From the NCBI GenBank assembly GCA_963921275.4, contig OZ001293.3:6400001-6464000 (forward strand): a stretch of 64,000 nucleotides of DNA. The letters are read 5' to 3'. This stretch comes from an uncultured Hormoscilla sp. (GTDB lineage Bacteria; Cyanobacteriota; Cyanobacteriia; Cyanobacteriales; Desertifilaceae). The notes beneath the pieces were generated by a model. That model was not told the DNA's origin. It made no database searches and saw nothing but the letters and a program-made list of their open reading frames with translations. The translations under genes and the position numbers were made by a program. Shown in pieces: positions 62,105-64,000 of this stretch (position 1 is its first letter; each line of letters begins with the position of its first letter).

Positions 62105-62473
62105 ATGACAGAAGCTCAGAATGTGGTGGGAGGAAAGCTCCAAGTTTGCTGCACATCTCCCATGACTGGATTTTATCGCAAGGGGAAATGTAACACGGGC
62201 GCAGGAGACTTAGGCGTGCATGTAGTCTGCGCCCAAGTAACTGAGGAGTTTCTGGCCTTTACCAAAAGGCAGGGCAACGATCTCAGTACCCCAGTTCCAG
62301 AGTATAATTTCCCTGGTCTCAAATCGGGCGATCACTGGTGTTTGTGCGCCTCTCGGTGGCAGGAGGCACTGGATGCTGGCGTGGCGCCACCAGTAGTCTT
62401 GTCAGCAACCCATGCAGCAGCCTTAGAACATGTCTCGCTCAAGGATCTGAAGAAACACGCTATTGATGATTAA
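62105..62473 (+). CDS. DUF2237-family protein
   Basis: CCTSPMTGFYR.G.C, GNDLSTP, WCLCASRW. Confidence 0.85.
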   Translation: MTEAQNVVGGKLQVCCTSPMTGFYRKGKCNTGAGDLGVHVVCAQVTEEFLAFTKRQGNDLSTPVPEYNFPGLKSGDHWCLCASRWQEALDAGVAPPVVLSATHAAALEHVSLKDLKKHAIDD

Positions 62474-62586
62474 CGTTCATGTCCTACTAGGCAAATCTAC
62501 CCCGCAAGTATTCTTGAGCATAGTTCATAGTAAGGACTTCAGTCCTGGCGCGAGGAAGTAAGCACGAAGAGTGCTTACTACGAACA

Positions 62587-62976
62587 TTAAGCTAGGGTTT
62601 CCGGGCAATATCCCAATCCTTGCACAAACTGCTGGCGAAATTCTTCGATCTCGCAGCGATCGGGACTACCGTGGGAGACTACCGCCACCTGGTAGCGACG
62701 CATCACATTAATGGGCAACTGTCCTGTTTCTAAGCTCCACAGAGCCATCTGCACCCGGATTTCCGGTTGGTAAGGGAACCCTACTTCGTTCAAGTAAGCC
62801 CGAAAATCTCCCTCTTCCTGGGCGTCTAGTACTTGAGCTAGTTTGATTTTCATCACCCACCCGTCTATCTGATGGATCACGGTGACGAAGGCTACTGGTA
62901 GTCGGCGCGTAGCATGTAGATACTCAATTATTCTCAGAGTTAGACTGGCGTTGGGGAGGTAGTAAGTGTATTCCAT
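62587..62976 (-). CDS. Conserved cyanobacterial hypothetical protein
   Basis: Clean 129-aa ORF ending GLGYCPETLA. Confidence 0.7.
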   Translation of the reverse strand: MEYTYYLPNASLTLRIIEYLHATRRLPVAFVTVIHQIDGWVMKIKLAQVLDAQEEGDFRAYLNEVGFPYQPEIRVQMALWSLETGQLPINVMRRYQVAVVSHGSPDRCEIEEFRQQFVQGLGYCPETLA

Positions 62977-63185
62977 ATTCTTTTCTTGGCGACCAAGCTT
63001 AACACCATATTTATATTCTCCCTACTAGCTGTCACACCATGTTGGGGGAAAGCACCCGGATCCTATGGGGAGATTCCCCCAATTTTGGCTATTGGAGATC
63101 GCTGACCGTTCGTAGTAAACGCTTTAGCGTCTGCCGGGTCGGGCAATAATAGCATATATAGTATGATGGCAGGAATTTTACGCCC

Positions 63186-64000
63186 GTGTTGTCCCCCGAT
63201 CGCTCTAATTTGGACTTAACTTTAGCCAGTTACGACTACGATCTGCCGGAGGATCTGATTGCTCAGAATCCGGTGACGCCCAGGGATAGTTCTCGCTTGC
63301 TGGTGGTAGACTCCCCTACTCATCATCAGCACCGGTACTTTCGCGATTTGCCAGACCTCCTCCAACCAGGAGATTTGCTAGTTCTCAATGATACTCGCGT
63401 TCTTCGGGCTCGACTCTACGGTCGCAAAGATACGGGTACGCCTGTAGAAGTTTTGTTACTAGAACCCCGTCAGTCAAACTGCTGGCTAGCTTTGGTAAAA
63501 CCGGGCCGACGCCTGAAACCTGATGCAACGATTATCTTCACCCCTTGTATTAATATTGACAGAAGACTGAAGGCGACAGTGGTGGCTACGGATACGGATA
63601 CTGCGGGGCGGCTATTACAATTTGAACTTCCACCTGGGACTGACCTGGAGCAGTTGCTGCCCGATTTCGGTCATGTGCCGTTTCCACCCTATATTACCGC
63701 ATCTCAGGCCCTGCCAGAACAGTATCAAACTGTCTATGCACGGCAACCAGGCTCCGTGGCTGCACCGACTGCGGGGTTACATTTTACTCCAGAATTGTTA
63801 AAAAGGTTGCGACAGCGGGGAATTGAACAGCGGTATGTGACGCTACATGTGGGCGTCGGTACTTTTAGACCTGTGGAGGTAGAAGATGTGACTAGCCATC
63901 AAATGCATGGGGAGTGGATCTCAGTACCGGAAACAACTGTAGCACAAATTCATCAGACTCAGGTTAGAGGCGGGCGGGTGCTGGCGGTGGGGACGACGGT
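63186..64000 (+). CDS. queA: S-adenosylmethionine:tRNA ribosyltransferase-isomerase, runs off the window edge
   Basis: YDYDLPEDLIAQ, SRLL, NDTRV, PFPPYI, YQTVYA..PGSVAAPTAGLHF, LHVGVGTF, AVGTT. Confidence 0.93.
   Translation, partial: MLSPDRSNLDLTLASYDYDLPEDLIAQNPVTPRDSSRLLVVDSPTHHQHRYFRDLPDLLQPGDLLVLNDTRVLRARLYGRKDTGTPVEVLLLEPRQSNCWLALVKPGRRLKPDATIIFTPCINIDRRLKATVVATDTDTAGRLLQFELPPGTDLEQLLPDFGHVPFPPYITASQALPEQYQTVYARQPGSVAAPTAGLHFTPELLKRLRQRGIEQRYVTLHVGVGTFRPVEVEDVTSHQMHGEWISVPETTVAQIHQTQVRGGRVLAVGTT

Overview
Cyanobacterial chromosomal DNA: the HIP1 octamer GCGATCGC is frequent, and the genes are typical (apt, yajQ, ebsA, mgdA, metH, cobA/hemD, coaE, cbiMQ, the fbp-tal-zwf-opcA operon, glk, queA). 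The dominant feature is a group II intron invasion: 10 complete introns plus one remnant, about 10.6 kb or about 16% of the window. Nine of the ten carry no ORF and fall into three related families: A (835 nt, 3 copies), B (871 nt, 5 copies) and D (933 nt, 1 copy). The single RT-encoding intron (C, 6537-12386) has absorbed four ORF-less introns, including a B copy inserted inside another B. The ORF-less families appear to end one nucleotide beyond the usual AY position (GACT, ATCC, GACC); this is fixed by an empty-site allele and by reading-frame restoration. A sense ORF-less intron splits zwf, and removing it restores a 509-aa G6PDH. Antisense copies disrupt three putative secreted-protein genes. 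The window also holds many pseudogenes, an internally deleted IS110, two TA-flanked MITE-like elements and ~20-nt dispersed repeats. All calls come from reading the sequence by eye; no searches or folding were run.
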